Source of the DNA: Lepidodermella squamata
Lineage: Eukaryota; Animalia; Gastrotricha
Length of the DNA stretch: 64,000 nt
Direction of reading: 5' to 3'
NCBI GenBank assembly: GCA_047495785.1
Contig: JBLDXI010000028.1
Coordinates: 310,001-374,000 of the forward strand
Positions within the stretch are counted from its first letter, which is position 1, and each line of letters begins with the position of its first letter. Positions 49,020 to 59,901 of this stretch are shown here, one piece after another. The position numbers were made by a program, and so were the translations under genes. The notes below the pieces were generated by a model. The model made no database searches. It was not told where the DNA came from and was given only the letters and a program-made list of their open reading frames with translations.

Positions 49020-50386
49020 ATGACTTTGAAAAAAAGTTTTTATGAAATAGCCAAGCTTACGTTTTCGCTTACATTCGGTTTCATCGTTGCGCTTAGCCTG
49101 AGAAATTTTGAAAAATTACCAGACGATTTTTCAAGTGAAAAACTCAAATTAACATCGATCGAATCAGCAGCAATCGACGCTCCAAATGTATGCCCAGTAT
49201 GTCGTTATTTCGGTTTTAAATTTCAAAGATGATAGGTTTTGAATTTTCTAGGAAGATGCGACCTTGAAACCACAAAATGCGTATCGGCAGAGTAGAACAA
49301 GGCGAATTTGCGATGTTATCGCGGCTGAAAATCGAACTATTGATAAGACGCCGATTTTCGACCTAGATTGGGACAACTTTGGTCAATCATCAGCAAGCGT
49401 CTTGTAGGCTTTCGTTCCTTTTTCTATTCGTTTCACACAAAATCATTATTTTAGACAGTGGTGGGAGAATTTGTACGTCTTCGAAAATCTGCAACTCGTT
49501 TTTTGCGGGTAAATTATGAAAATAATCCTAGAAAAATCAAGATTATTCAGGATATTTTATTAGGTCACCTTCGGTTATCAATGAAGTGATCCTCACCTTT
49601 TTATCCGATGTCGATCAGCGAAACCTAGGTCCAACGAGACCAGGCGAGAGAAAATACCAATTTTTACGCTTGAGTGATTTCTCGGCTGACAAAGCAAAGT
49701 GGATGATGGAAAGCTTCAAAAAAGTTGCCTTCATACGCGATCCATTGGAACGTATGCTGACTCTTTGGCGCGATCATCTGTCAGAAAATGCTACAGATAA
49801 GCAGTCGTTTAAGGTAGGTGTACCACTTGGAATAATATTTTGAGGAAATCTTAAAAGCTAAAAATCTAAAATTATTGCGATTCGTGGTCAATTTTCCTTT
49901 ACTATTATTCTAATTCAATCCAGAAATCAAAACATTTCTTAGGGCCTTGGCGGGATTATTTTGGCGAAGTTGAACAAAACGAACGAATCTAAGCAGCCAT
50001 TGCCTATCGATCTGATCGATTTTTTGCGATACATGGCGGTCGATCAGCCATCGAAGGGCCTCGACGCCAATTTACGGCCACAGCTCGACTCGTGCCACTT
50101 TTGCGCAATTAATTACAATTTTATTGGTCTTCACGAAAATTTGGATTGTGAATTCGACTACGTTACACGAATTATTGGCAATCGAAGCTCCCTAAATCGA
50201 TTTCCCAACAACAGAAGCGATTACGAACTTGTAAAATCAATTATTGAGAATCGGCGGAATAAAAGGAGGGTGATTTTAGTTGATAAAATTATTCGCCAGC
50301 ATTACGAAACTGATTACTGGCTTCTTGGCTATGATCGGCCCTATTTTAACCTAGAAAATGACAAATCGAAGAAAAATAAAGTCTAA
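49020..50386 (+). CDS. Carbohydrate sulfotransferase-like protein 1 (Sulfotransfer_2 family; PAPS motifs degenerate)
   Basis: Type II TM anchor; exons ~49020-49196, 49252-49403, 49455-49508, 49564-49813, 49943-50386; FIRDPLER, RPQLDSCHFCAINYNFIG, YETDYWLLGY. Confidence 0.8.
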
Positions 50387-50444
50387 TAATAATTCCGTAA
50401 AATTTGCCTGTTTTTATTATATAGGTATTTTTCTATTCATAAAA

Positions 50445-51813
50445 ATGAGTCTAGGTCATCCTAATAAAATTCTCGCGAATTTAAGATTATTGCTCGCCTT
50501 TATTATTGGTGTTTTATTGGCTCTTCACATCGATTTATCGGCAAAAATCGAAGTACGATTGTCCAGCGATAATTTCTCGCATCAACGATGTGAGGTCAGT
50601 TTTTTCAACAATTCAGCAACAAATTTCAAATTCACATCAGCCTGATGAAGTGATAGCAAGACGGTCGAAGGCTCGAATTCGAAGGATGAAAGAAATTTGC
50701 GAGATAATTGAGCGGCGAGGCGACCTTTACCAGCCGCTAAAAACTCCGGAATGGCGATTTTTCTCTTGGGCAGCCGCTAACAACATCACTTCAAATTGCT
50801 AGTATGCTTTGTGAAATTTCAAAAATATTTAAATTAATTTTTAATTTCAAATATCAGCTTGCCCGATTTTTGGTGGAACGATCTGGCGATAAATGACAAA
50901 TACAAACTTGTTTACTGCGCGTAAATTCACTTTTATTTTTTTTTTAATTTTTAATTTGTCTGATTTTCTGAATTTATTTAATTTATTTTTACTGATTAAA
51001 GGACTCCGAAGGTCGGTAATACCAACGTCCGGCTTTATCTGAATCACCTAAGTGAAAATCCCGAGATGGAATCCTACCCATACAACCGATCTGAAATGCT
51101 GCAAATTCATCGGCTCGGATCGGGTCTGAAACACTCGCGACGCTTGACCGAATATTCGGTTAAAGAGGCTAAAAAAATCATGGCTACTTTCAAGAAAATC
51201 GCGTTCATTCGCGATCCAGTCGAGCGTGTCGTGTCGTCGTGGCGTGAAAAGTTGTCCACGGCTGAATCAGACGGCATTTGGCGAGATCACTACAAGGTAA
51301 GTATTTCGAAAATTTTCAATTTTCGGTAGCTTTCGAATAAGTATTATTAAAAATTCAATTTTTAAGATAGTTGGTTCAGAGGTGCGGCAAAGAATATGGA
51401 GGAACGCCTCGAAGTCAGAAATCGATATCGGCCTGCCAGTTCGACTCGACGATTTCATCAAGTATTTGAATACTGAAAATTACCCGCGAGAGCTGGAAGC
51501 TCATTGGCGCGGTCAATTGTATCTGTGCCATTTCTGCGCTATCGACTACCATTTTGTTGGCCATTTCGACAATTTAGCGTGTGATTTGGAATATTTTGCC
51601 AGGCAAATTACTGGCAGGAAAAAAGTGCCGAGATTACCGGAGCCATCTGATAAACCAAGAGCTGGAACCGATCGGTACCAGTTTGATACTAATACGAAAG
51701 GTGCGGCTTACTTGGACTTGGAAGCTAGGAAGACGTTGGATCGTGTTGTCGCGAAACATTTTTCAATTGATTATTGGTTTTTAGGCTTGAAAATGCCCAA
51801 TTTTTCGCATTAA
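50445..51813 (+). CDS. Carbohydrate sulfotransferase 2 (CHST8-14 / Sulfotransfer_2 family)
   Basis: Exons ~50445-50594, 50641-50801, 50858-50920, 51002-51296, 51367-51813. 5'-PSB motif LVYCATPKVGNT is assembled across an intron; 3'-PB motif FIRDPVERVVSSWREK; HWRGQLYLCHFC. Confidence 0.88.
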
Positions 51814-52845
51814 AAATCAATATGAATAAGCCATTTTTTGTTTTTGTGAACCCGTTGTAGTGATGGTTCCATTCCCTGGCTCTCTCCGATTTTCCCCCCC
51901 GAAAATTCTATTTCTTTTAGTATTGTGACTGGCAATTTTTCATCATTTTTCATGGAAAGTCGACTCGTCACTACGGATGCTGAACAATAATTTCACACAA
52001 GCGGTGTCATACGTCAATTTGATCCGGCTTGATTGGCGCGTGCTCTGCTGCTTACACACGTGTGCCAATTTCGACCTTTTACTACTTTTAAATTTTACTG
52101 AAAAACGATGCTACGATATAGCCTTGCTTATTCTCTCGCTTTCATTCTGCTTTTTAATTTTGAGGAATTTCGATAGATAAGTTGAGAAGTTCGCTAAATA
52201 TTCCCCGATTTCGATCTAAAAATCATCGCTATAAATCTATATAAATCGTTAGCGTAAATCTATAACTCGGATTTAGGCTTGTTTACATCCATCTCAAGGT
52301 GATATAGGTGACAAGTAAAAAGTCTTTTGCTTTGCCTCTTCATTTGGCTATTTGTGCGCATTTGTGAGATTGGAGCTCATTATTTGCTATTGCGGTTTGA
52401 TGACTTATTTTGATTTTGTTTTATATTGTGTTTAAGGGTGAACCTAATATTTAAGCGCTGATATTCGATATGCAAAACGTATATATTAGTACAAAGAATT
52501 TTTCCAATAAATGCAAATTTTCCTTGAAATCGCTGATCGCATGTTCGCCTCAATATTGTTCTCATTGATTATTTTTCATCGAGAATTTTAAGCTTGAAAA
52601 TGTCTTGAAAAATTCCTTATAGTTTTGCATGAAAATGTATCATTTTGGTCAGCATCAAAATAAAAACCTTGTGATTTCTTTCTACTTTTTCGAAATTTTT
52701 TATTTCACTTTGATTTTATGATTAGGCCTTAACATTATCAGAATTTCCCTCTCAATGAGACGAGTCAGTTATTAATATAACTTATTATTTAATATGGTCT
52801 AATTAGCATATGCGTGTTCAATAATGTGTCCAAATCTTAGGGAAA

Positions 52846-55453
52846 ATGTCCAAATTTACAGGTTGCTTCACATATCTTCAAAAATCAAGGTGAGTTCCTA
52901 AAATCTCCACAATTTACCTGCCGATCCAGATTCCTCGGGCAAATTTCTTTCCATTTTTACGAGCGAACTAAATTTTAAAAATTGAAAAAGGCGTTCGTCC
53001 AAATTTAGGACCTATTATTATATCATGATAGACGATATTATTACTGAAATATTGGATAACCGTGGGCACTGCAGCGACGTTGCAATGGCGGGAATTTGGC
53101 GAGGTTCCGGAAAGTATCACTCCATCGATCTTATAAAATCGGGTGGTTTCGGCGATGTATTCCGTTGCAAGAAAATAGACGCCGACGATACGATTTTTGC
53201 CGCGAAGCGCGTTTACAAGTCTGCGATAGCTGCGTTGACATTGGGACGTCCTAATCTTTGCGAGAAAGTGTGGAAAATGGCACAGAAAGAGGTTGACTTT
53301 TACGCTTCTCTTTTGCTTATTTATGCTGCTCTTTAAACACATTTCAGGCTGAGAACATGCAACACGTTGAATGCAAGAACATTGTCTCGGTGATCGAGTC
53401 TTTCGAAGGTTAGCTTTATTGGAAAGTTTATCAATAGGATTATTTTAAAAATTGACGTGTCAAATGACAAATGGGCAATAAAAATGTAGGCTCGCAGCAC
53501 GATTTCAGGGCAAAATTTGCCTTACAAAATAAACAAAATAAACTGAACGTCTGCTTAAAATTTGAGGAATCATGCCAAAATTCATGGAAAAAACAATGCC
53601 GATTGTGACAAGACGCAGACCGAAACGGCGAAAAACAGGCATGCTAAAAGGGCTATATTGCAAATAGCCACATTTTAGACCTTAGAATTTAGAATCCTGC
53701 CTAAAACTCGTTAAAATTTGACCTATAAAATTCACCCAGTTTTATGCGCAGTCCTTCGTAGAGATTCAGGATTCAATTAGAAGCGATTGTAGTTCTGTCG
53801 ATAAGCTAAAGTTTATTCATTTTAGAATAATTCGCTCAACGTTTTTACCAGTGATCTGAATTTTGAAATTGTTGAATTTTCGGTTTTTACAAACGAAAAA
53901 CGAGGTTACGAAAACGCGTAGCCATTTTTCCACTTGAAAATAAAATAGTTTTTGGTGAAGTACAAGGGCCCTAAAATTGATATTGGGAAAAGCTCGAAAA
54001 TCGACCTAATTCTAGTTCTAACCGCCCTAGCCCCCTAACCCCAGTTCCTAATCATCGGTTTAGAAAAAATATCCGAAAAGTTGCCTTGTTGATCATTTGT
54101 GTTAGGTGCCAGCTTTTGATTTGAAATTTGGTGCAGCTAAATGTTGATTTCCGAAAAATTCTAAGAATTTTTGGCAACGAATGATTTCTATAGTGAATGC
54201 TACGTCTTGCACAGACTTTCACGCTGAACTTTAAAATAATGTATTTAAAATTATACGATGGTCTATTTTAATATCTCTGGATATTCTGAAAAGTGGTCTC
54301 AGGCCCAAAAAATATTGCGAAATTTAGTTCCGCTTACAGCTAATTTGGTTCCGGTACAGGAGGACCCGTATTATGTTTTTAAATTAATTTTGAAAGCTAT
54401 TAACCTCGGCCCCCATGACACGGCCTGGTCTGAAAAATATTGTCTTGTATTTCAGAAAATAGCGTGGATGGGCCTGTTTTTTACATTATTATGGAATACT
54501 GCGAGGACGGGTCGTTGCGAGATGCCATCAATGAGATGAGGGCGAAAAATGAGCGATTCTCGATGCTGACAATTCAATCTTGGTCGAAGCAGATGATAAA
54601 TGCGCTCAACTTTGTTCACAAACGCAACCTGGTGCATCGGGACATCAAGCCTGATGTAAGTTCGAGAAGTTTTCATTTTAAATACTGTGCAGCAAAGATT
54701 CAATTACCTATAACCCTGAAAGAAAGGAAAAGGGTAACCGGCCAATAATAGATTGTACATAGTATAGATCTCCGAAATTACATTTTTTACAACATTTATA
54801 GCCCCTTTGAGAAGTATGAGCATGTGCAAGTTGTTTCCGTCTGTGGAATAGCGCTAATCGGATTGTTAGCATCAAAGAGGATAAGAAAATTGGATAACTA
54901 GATTTTAACCTTTTCCGTAATCGTTTCATTCAATTCGCTTCATTTCCATCTTATTACTGTTTTCATATTCAATCTATCAGAATATCTTTCTTTGTTCGAG
55001 ACGCCGCGTGATCAAGCTGGGAGATTTTGGGCTGGCGAAAGATAAAACTGAGTAAGCCGCTTGCATTCAGATTACAATAGCATGTGAATTATTGTCTACG
55101 ATCTACGAAAGGGTCACTGATACATTGGCTGGCACTCTTGCTTACTTTGCACCGGAATTTGCGACTGGTTCAATTTATACTTTGAAATGTGATAATTGGT
55201 CGCTGGGAGCTACAATTTATGAGCTTGTTTCTCTCGACATGGAGGTTGGAACTCTTATTTTTTATAAAAATCTTGTGTTTGATTGCAAGAAATTGCTTAG
55301 TTCAAGTCACCAAAAAAGGCATCGGAATTTGGCTATCGCGATGCGGAAAACTTGGATGACTTGCTGATCAATTTGATGAGGGAGAAGCCGGAGCAGCGAT
55401 TCACCATGTCACAAGCATCTGGACATCCATTCTTAAGTATAATAATATCTTGA
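52846..55453 (+). CDS. Ser/Thr protein kinase (NEK-like, family uncertain)
   Basis: Exons 52846-52889, 53009-53291, 53348-53408, 54456-54655, 54981-55051, 55112-55244, 55301-55453. Motifs SGGFGDV, FAAK, IIMEYC, HRDIKPDN, KLGDFG, GTLAYFAPE, DNWSLG, PEQRFT...HPFL. Confidence 0.88.
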
Positions 55454-55731
55454 ATTTCTTTGATACAAGGAGGAAAGTTCCATTGCCCCATTTTTTCTTC
55501 CCGTTATTGAGCTTGGAACCTTCGAAACCGCCGTGCACTGATTGGTCAGCTTGTCACTTTTTCAAACCTGACTTCGGTCTTGGGTGCAAAGCGTAGGCTG
55601 ACTAACTGCGGGCGGCATTGTCAATTAAACGAAGTTGACATATTCGAAATTTTGATGCTTCCTCGAATATAACAACGAAACCTATCTAAAAATCTCAATT
55701 ATTATGGAGTGTCGCGGGAAATGCATGTGAA

Positions 55732-57588
55732 ATGGGGATAGAACGCTTTCTCATTTCTCAGTCGATAATTTGTAAACCCTCTGTCGTTGCAGCCTTGCAG
55801 TACGTTGTTCTCATCGGAGCGACAGGTAGCGGGAAGACAACGATTGCCGAGGGATTGATTGGCCGTGAATTGGAGGCGAATGAGACTCGCGATTGTGCCG
55901 TGAGCGTTACAACTGAAACCACTGTTTATGGAATGCCGCTGTTCGACTTCGCCGACACGCCTGGTTACGAGCCTATGGACAAAAGGGTCGAACACGCCAT
56001 ACACATTGCTAAAGCGCTATGCTACCGGCTTGTGACGCGAATCTTCATTATTTGCAAGTTTGACAACCGAATCGATAGAATGGTTCGAGACGTCGAGACC
56101 GTAGTCGATCCTATGGCAGAAGACCTGGAAGATAACATGACCATCATGGTGACACATTGGGATCACGCCGACAATTTGCGGACGAGCTCAGCCGATCTTG
56201 AAGGAAAGATTCGGTCTACGATGCTGCATCGCTTCAATATCAAAAGCGTCGTGTTTGTTTCCAAATTGAATACAAATTACGAGCAGGTCATAGGCGAATT
56301 TATCGGCCGAGACGACCTGCCTGGTGCAAAGGAGATCAACATTTCCGTCGACAATCTTTCTCGCTACTTCGACTTGAAGAAAAGTGAACGGGGAATTTTG
56401 AGATCGGCCCAGGAAATGAATGAAAAAGCGAACGTTTTCGTCAGCTGCGTGATGGAGAAGTTGCAGTCAATTGAGGACATTTTCGACAGGCAGGATTTTA
56501 TGTTTTCAATGCTGAAGGAAATACGAAGCTATTGTGATGAACTTGTCCAACGGTTTGTGGATGAAAACGGGCTGGACGCCAATCATTTCGATGATTACTT
56601 CTGGTACGAGAAGGTTCGAGAGGAACTTAACGCCATCATTAATGGTTACTTCGCCCATTGCCAGCAATTCAGGAGCTATTTGACGGACAGTCTTGATAAA
56701 GAGCATCCCTTTCGAAAGTGCCCTCACTGTGGGTTGATATGGACTCAGGTTCAAGGTTGCAACAATTCGACGAATTGTGGCGCCGTTCCAAGAGGCGATT
56801 CAGTGCGATTAATTTCCCGCTGGAATAGCGACGGCAGATCTTTCTTTATTCGAAGAACTGAGCCTCCAGTCGTTACACATGTTCAGACGAAGAAGCTGGA
56901 GTTCCGCAGGCGGCAGCTCGAAAGTATCAAAGTTGAAAGTTATAAAGAAATTTTCAAATTTCTGCTGGATGATGCGGACAAGTACGACGTCGAAGAATTA
57001 AGGCGACAAGTAATCGAAGTTGTCATGGCACACGATCTCCACGAAATCTGGATTTACATTTTGGCCGAGCTCATCGCTGTTAGGGCAGGGTTAATTCTGA
57101 GTGACAACCGTCCCACCTCGTATTTGTTCGGATATTTGATTGATAAAATGTTTTCACTTCCACTAACTAACGAAAGTCTGCTCTTTTTATGTGAATTTGT
57201 TAGTTTATTGGACGGTAAATCTGATAGCATCGATGCTTTGAGCGGTTTCAGTAATTGGATGTCAGCCCTGAAGCCCATTGGCCAGCGCCAGCAACAGCTC
57301 AGACGTGCATGTGCGGCCCTCAAAACTTTCGACGTAAAGTTGGACTTGATCGAAAAAGGATATGGTTGTGATGAGCCTATCAGGTGGGATGAGATGGCTA
57401 TCGTTAGCATTCCCGCCGACTTTTTCGACATGACTGAGCTTGAACTCAAACGAGCTGTCTCGTCTATTTCCATTTCAAATCCGGGCGTGGATGCCCACGT
57501 GAAGGAGACATTGGCGCAACGAATTGACCAGTTAAAGGTCAATCTCTGTGAATTCGGCAACAGGCCACCTGCAGCCGACATTGCTTGA
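55732..57588 (+). CDS. Intronless P-loop GTPase (AIG1/GIMAP/G-domain-like) with a C-terminal Cys-rich motif
   Basis: G1 GATGSGKT, G2 SVT, G3 DTPG, G4-like THWD; KCPHCGLIWTQVQGCNNSTNCG; 618-aa open frame. True start uncertain (may be a terminal exon of the kinase). Confidence 0.85.
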   Translation: MGIERFLISQSIICKPSVVAALQYVVLIGATGSGKTTIAEGLIGRELEANETRDCAVSVTTETTVYGMPLFDFADTPGYEPMDKRVEHAIHIAKALCYRLVTRIFIICKFDNRIDRMVRDVETVVDPMAEDLEDNMTIMVTHWDHADNLRTSSADLEGKIRSTMLHRFNIKSVVFVSKLNTNYEQVIGEFIGRDDLPGAKEINISVDNLSRYFDLKKSERGILRSAQEMNEKANVFVSCVMEKLQSIEDIFDRQDFMFSMLKEIRSYCDELVQRFVDENGLDANHFDDYFWYEKVREELNAIINGYFAHCQQFRSYLTDSLDKEHPFRKCPHCGLIWTQVQGCNNSTNCGAVPRGDSVRLISRWNSDGRSFFIRRTEPPVVTHVQTKKLEFRRRQLESIKVESYKEIFKFLLDDADKYDVEELRRQVIEVVMAHDLHEIWIYILAELIAVRAGLILSDNRPTSYLFGYLIDKMFSLPLTNESLLFLCEFVSLLDGKSDSIDALSGFSNWMSALKPIGQRQQQLRRACAALKTFDVKLDLIEKGYGCDEPIRWDEMAIVSIPADFFDMTELELKRAVSSISISNPGVDAHVKETLAQRIDQLKVNLCEFGNRPPAADIA

Positions 57589-57879
57589 TATTATGAGCTT
57601 TCAATTTGACCTATTGCTTGCAAGATTGGATTATATTATGGACTGTGACGTTGCCAACACTTACATTCTGAAAGTGCTAGAAGCTATTCAGAGCATTCTT
57701 TTTCTCAATTTTTCGTTTTTTCCTGTCAAGTTTCAAGTTCTAATAATAAGTTATCACGAATAAAGCTGTAAACTATGTTTTGTTAATTTGTCGATATTTT
57801 TTCGTATGAGTTCGAAACTTTAAAAGGTTGAAGCTGCCGCGCAACTGGTGAAATTATTGATACCAGGCGATACCTTCTT

Positions 57880-57932
57880 CCAGGTTAGGGTTGCGGTCAG
57901 GGTTATGGTTGGGGTTGGAGTTAAGGTCAGTT
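57880..57932 (+). repeat. Degenerate telomere-like (GGTTAG)n hexamer tract, probably part of a dispersed element
   Basis: AGGTTAGGGTTGCGGTCAGGGTTATGGTTGGGGTTGGAGTTAAGGTCAG; similar reverse tracts near 23245, 40645 and 54020. Confidence 0.5.
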
Positions 57933-58385
57933 ATGTAAAATAGCAAAGTACCACAATATTGTGTAAAAAAGGATATAATACCAAATAATGTTGTGCAAAT
58001 AGGAATAGGGGCAGAAAATGGGGAAATATCATCCATAATCCAATACCTTGTTGGCATTTTTGGCCAAACGAGCTGAAATTTATTTTCAAAATACTTTTAG
58101 CCAGATATGCATTTTGAAATGCATCGATGTTTAGGAGGCACAGGATATTGAATGATAGCCAATCCGGGCCAAGACAGTAAAAATGACTCTTGTGATCTTT
58201 GCTAATAAGTTTCCTGCTTCTTATTTGAGCAGGCTCACAAACGAACAAACCACTCGAAAAATATCGATAATTTCTTATTTTTACTGGATGATTGATTATT
58301 CGTGCGCGTGTCTGTGAGGCACACGACTAAATTTACGTTTTCTAACTACTCTAAATGATTTTTCATTTTATTTATTCCACAAAAA

Positions 58386-59859
58386 TGATTTACGTGAGAA
58401 AATCTTCGATTTTTCAGGCCATTGGGCCATTTATTTTCGGCTTCTCCGCCTGTTTACTACTTGTCCTTATTTCGATTTCCCGGCTTGAGAATGAACCAAT
58501 GCCTGCACCCGAACCCATATCTGCTCCGAATTTGGTATCAGCGGGCGAATTGCTGTCGCGATCGGTTAGAATAATGTGCGTGATGCTGACGACGCGGAAA
58601 TTTCACGAAAGCCGAGCTAAATTAGCCAAATTATTATGGGGCAAAAGATGCGACGGCCTTTTCATTGCAAGTGACGAGCATGACCCAGTTTTGGGCGCGA
58701 CAAAGGTCACGAGTAATTCAGACTATCGAGCTTTATGGTACAAAACGCGCAACGCTTTCAGGTCAGTATATGAACGGCAAAATTACAAGAAAATTAATTT
58801 GATTAATTTTTAAATTTCAGGAGGGTTTATGAGGAGAACGTTGATAATTACGACTGGTTTTTCAAAGTTGATGACGACAGTTATGTTGTGATGGAAAATT
58901 TGAAGCTGGTCCTTAGCCAATATTCACCTAATGAACCGCTAATGGTCGGCCGGCATCGTTACCATTTCCTCTCTGGATCTGGATACGCGATCTCCCGATC
59001 TGCTCTCAAGAGGTAAACATTTAATTAAAAAATACGTAATATTCGTGATCATGGATTTTATTAAATAATTACATTTTCAGTGAATAATTATTTGTAATTT
59101 TGAACAGATTTGGAGAACGTGGGAACAATGTCCCAGAATGCGTCCGAGGCATTCATTATAGCGAGGACATTTCAATGAGTCATTGTATGGAAAAACTCGG
59201 GGTAAAAGTTGGCGATTCTCGCGACGCTGAAGGCCGGCAGCGTTTTTTCCCGCTAAAACCCGTCGAGTACCTGAACGGAACCGTCGATACGGCCATCAGT
59301 TTCTACCCACCTGATTTCGACCTATTCACGCCGGGTATTGATGGGATCAGCGATACTGCCGTTGTTTTTCATCATTTGGATCATCTCGAGATGCAACTCA
59401 TCGAATGTAAGTGTGTAAGTGTAAGAGTAAAAAACTCTTCATTTTTTTTAATTATTTTGGAAATTCAAGTTCTGCTCTACGGGATGAGACCATTCGGTAG
59501 GACCAGCTACAAGATGGCGGCTGATGAGATGGAGATGACTGAGAGTGAATTGCTCAAAAATGGCTATGAAATCGCCGAAAAACGTAAGAAAAATCGTCTT
59601 CACATAAAATTCACAGAAAACATTATTTTCAAAAAAAATTTAAATCAATTTGAAATTTCGAACAACTCATATATTTATTTATTCTTTTTTAGAAAATTAT
59701 CAGCCACGCGAACCTCGATCCTATTTTCAGCGTAAAATCGTTGATATGATTCGAAATTTGAAACCCGAAGAATCGCCATGGATATTCCGTGGCCGCGATC
59801 TCAACAATAATCAGCCAACATCCAGCGAACAAGAACCGTCAAATCAGCCAAATCAATAA
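58386..59859 (+). CDS. C1GALT1: Core 1 beta-1,3-galactosyltransferase (T-synthase)-like, GT31
   Basis: TM anchor; VRIMCVMLT, WGKRCD, LWYKTRNAF, YDWFFKVDDDSYVVMENL, SGSGYAISRSAL, EDISMSHCMEKLGVKVGDSRDAEGRQRFFP across short GT-AG introns. Orthology untested. Confidence 0.85.
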
Positions 59860-59901
59860 ATTTATTTGCGAAATAATGTGATATAATAAAATAATTTGTT
59901 G

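Noticed and set aside
57880-57932. True telomere or fusion scar
   Set aside because: Short, highly degenerate, and similar tracts are dispersed through the window.
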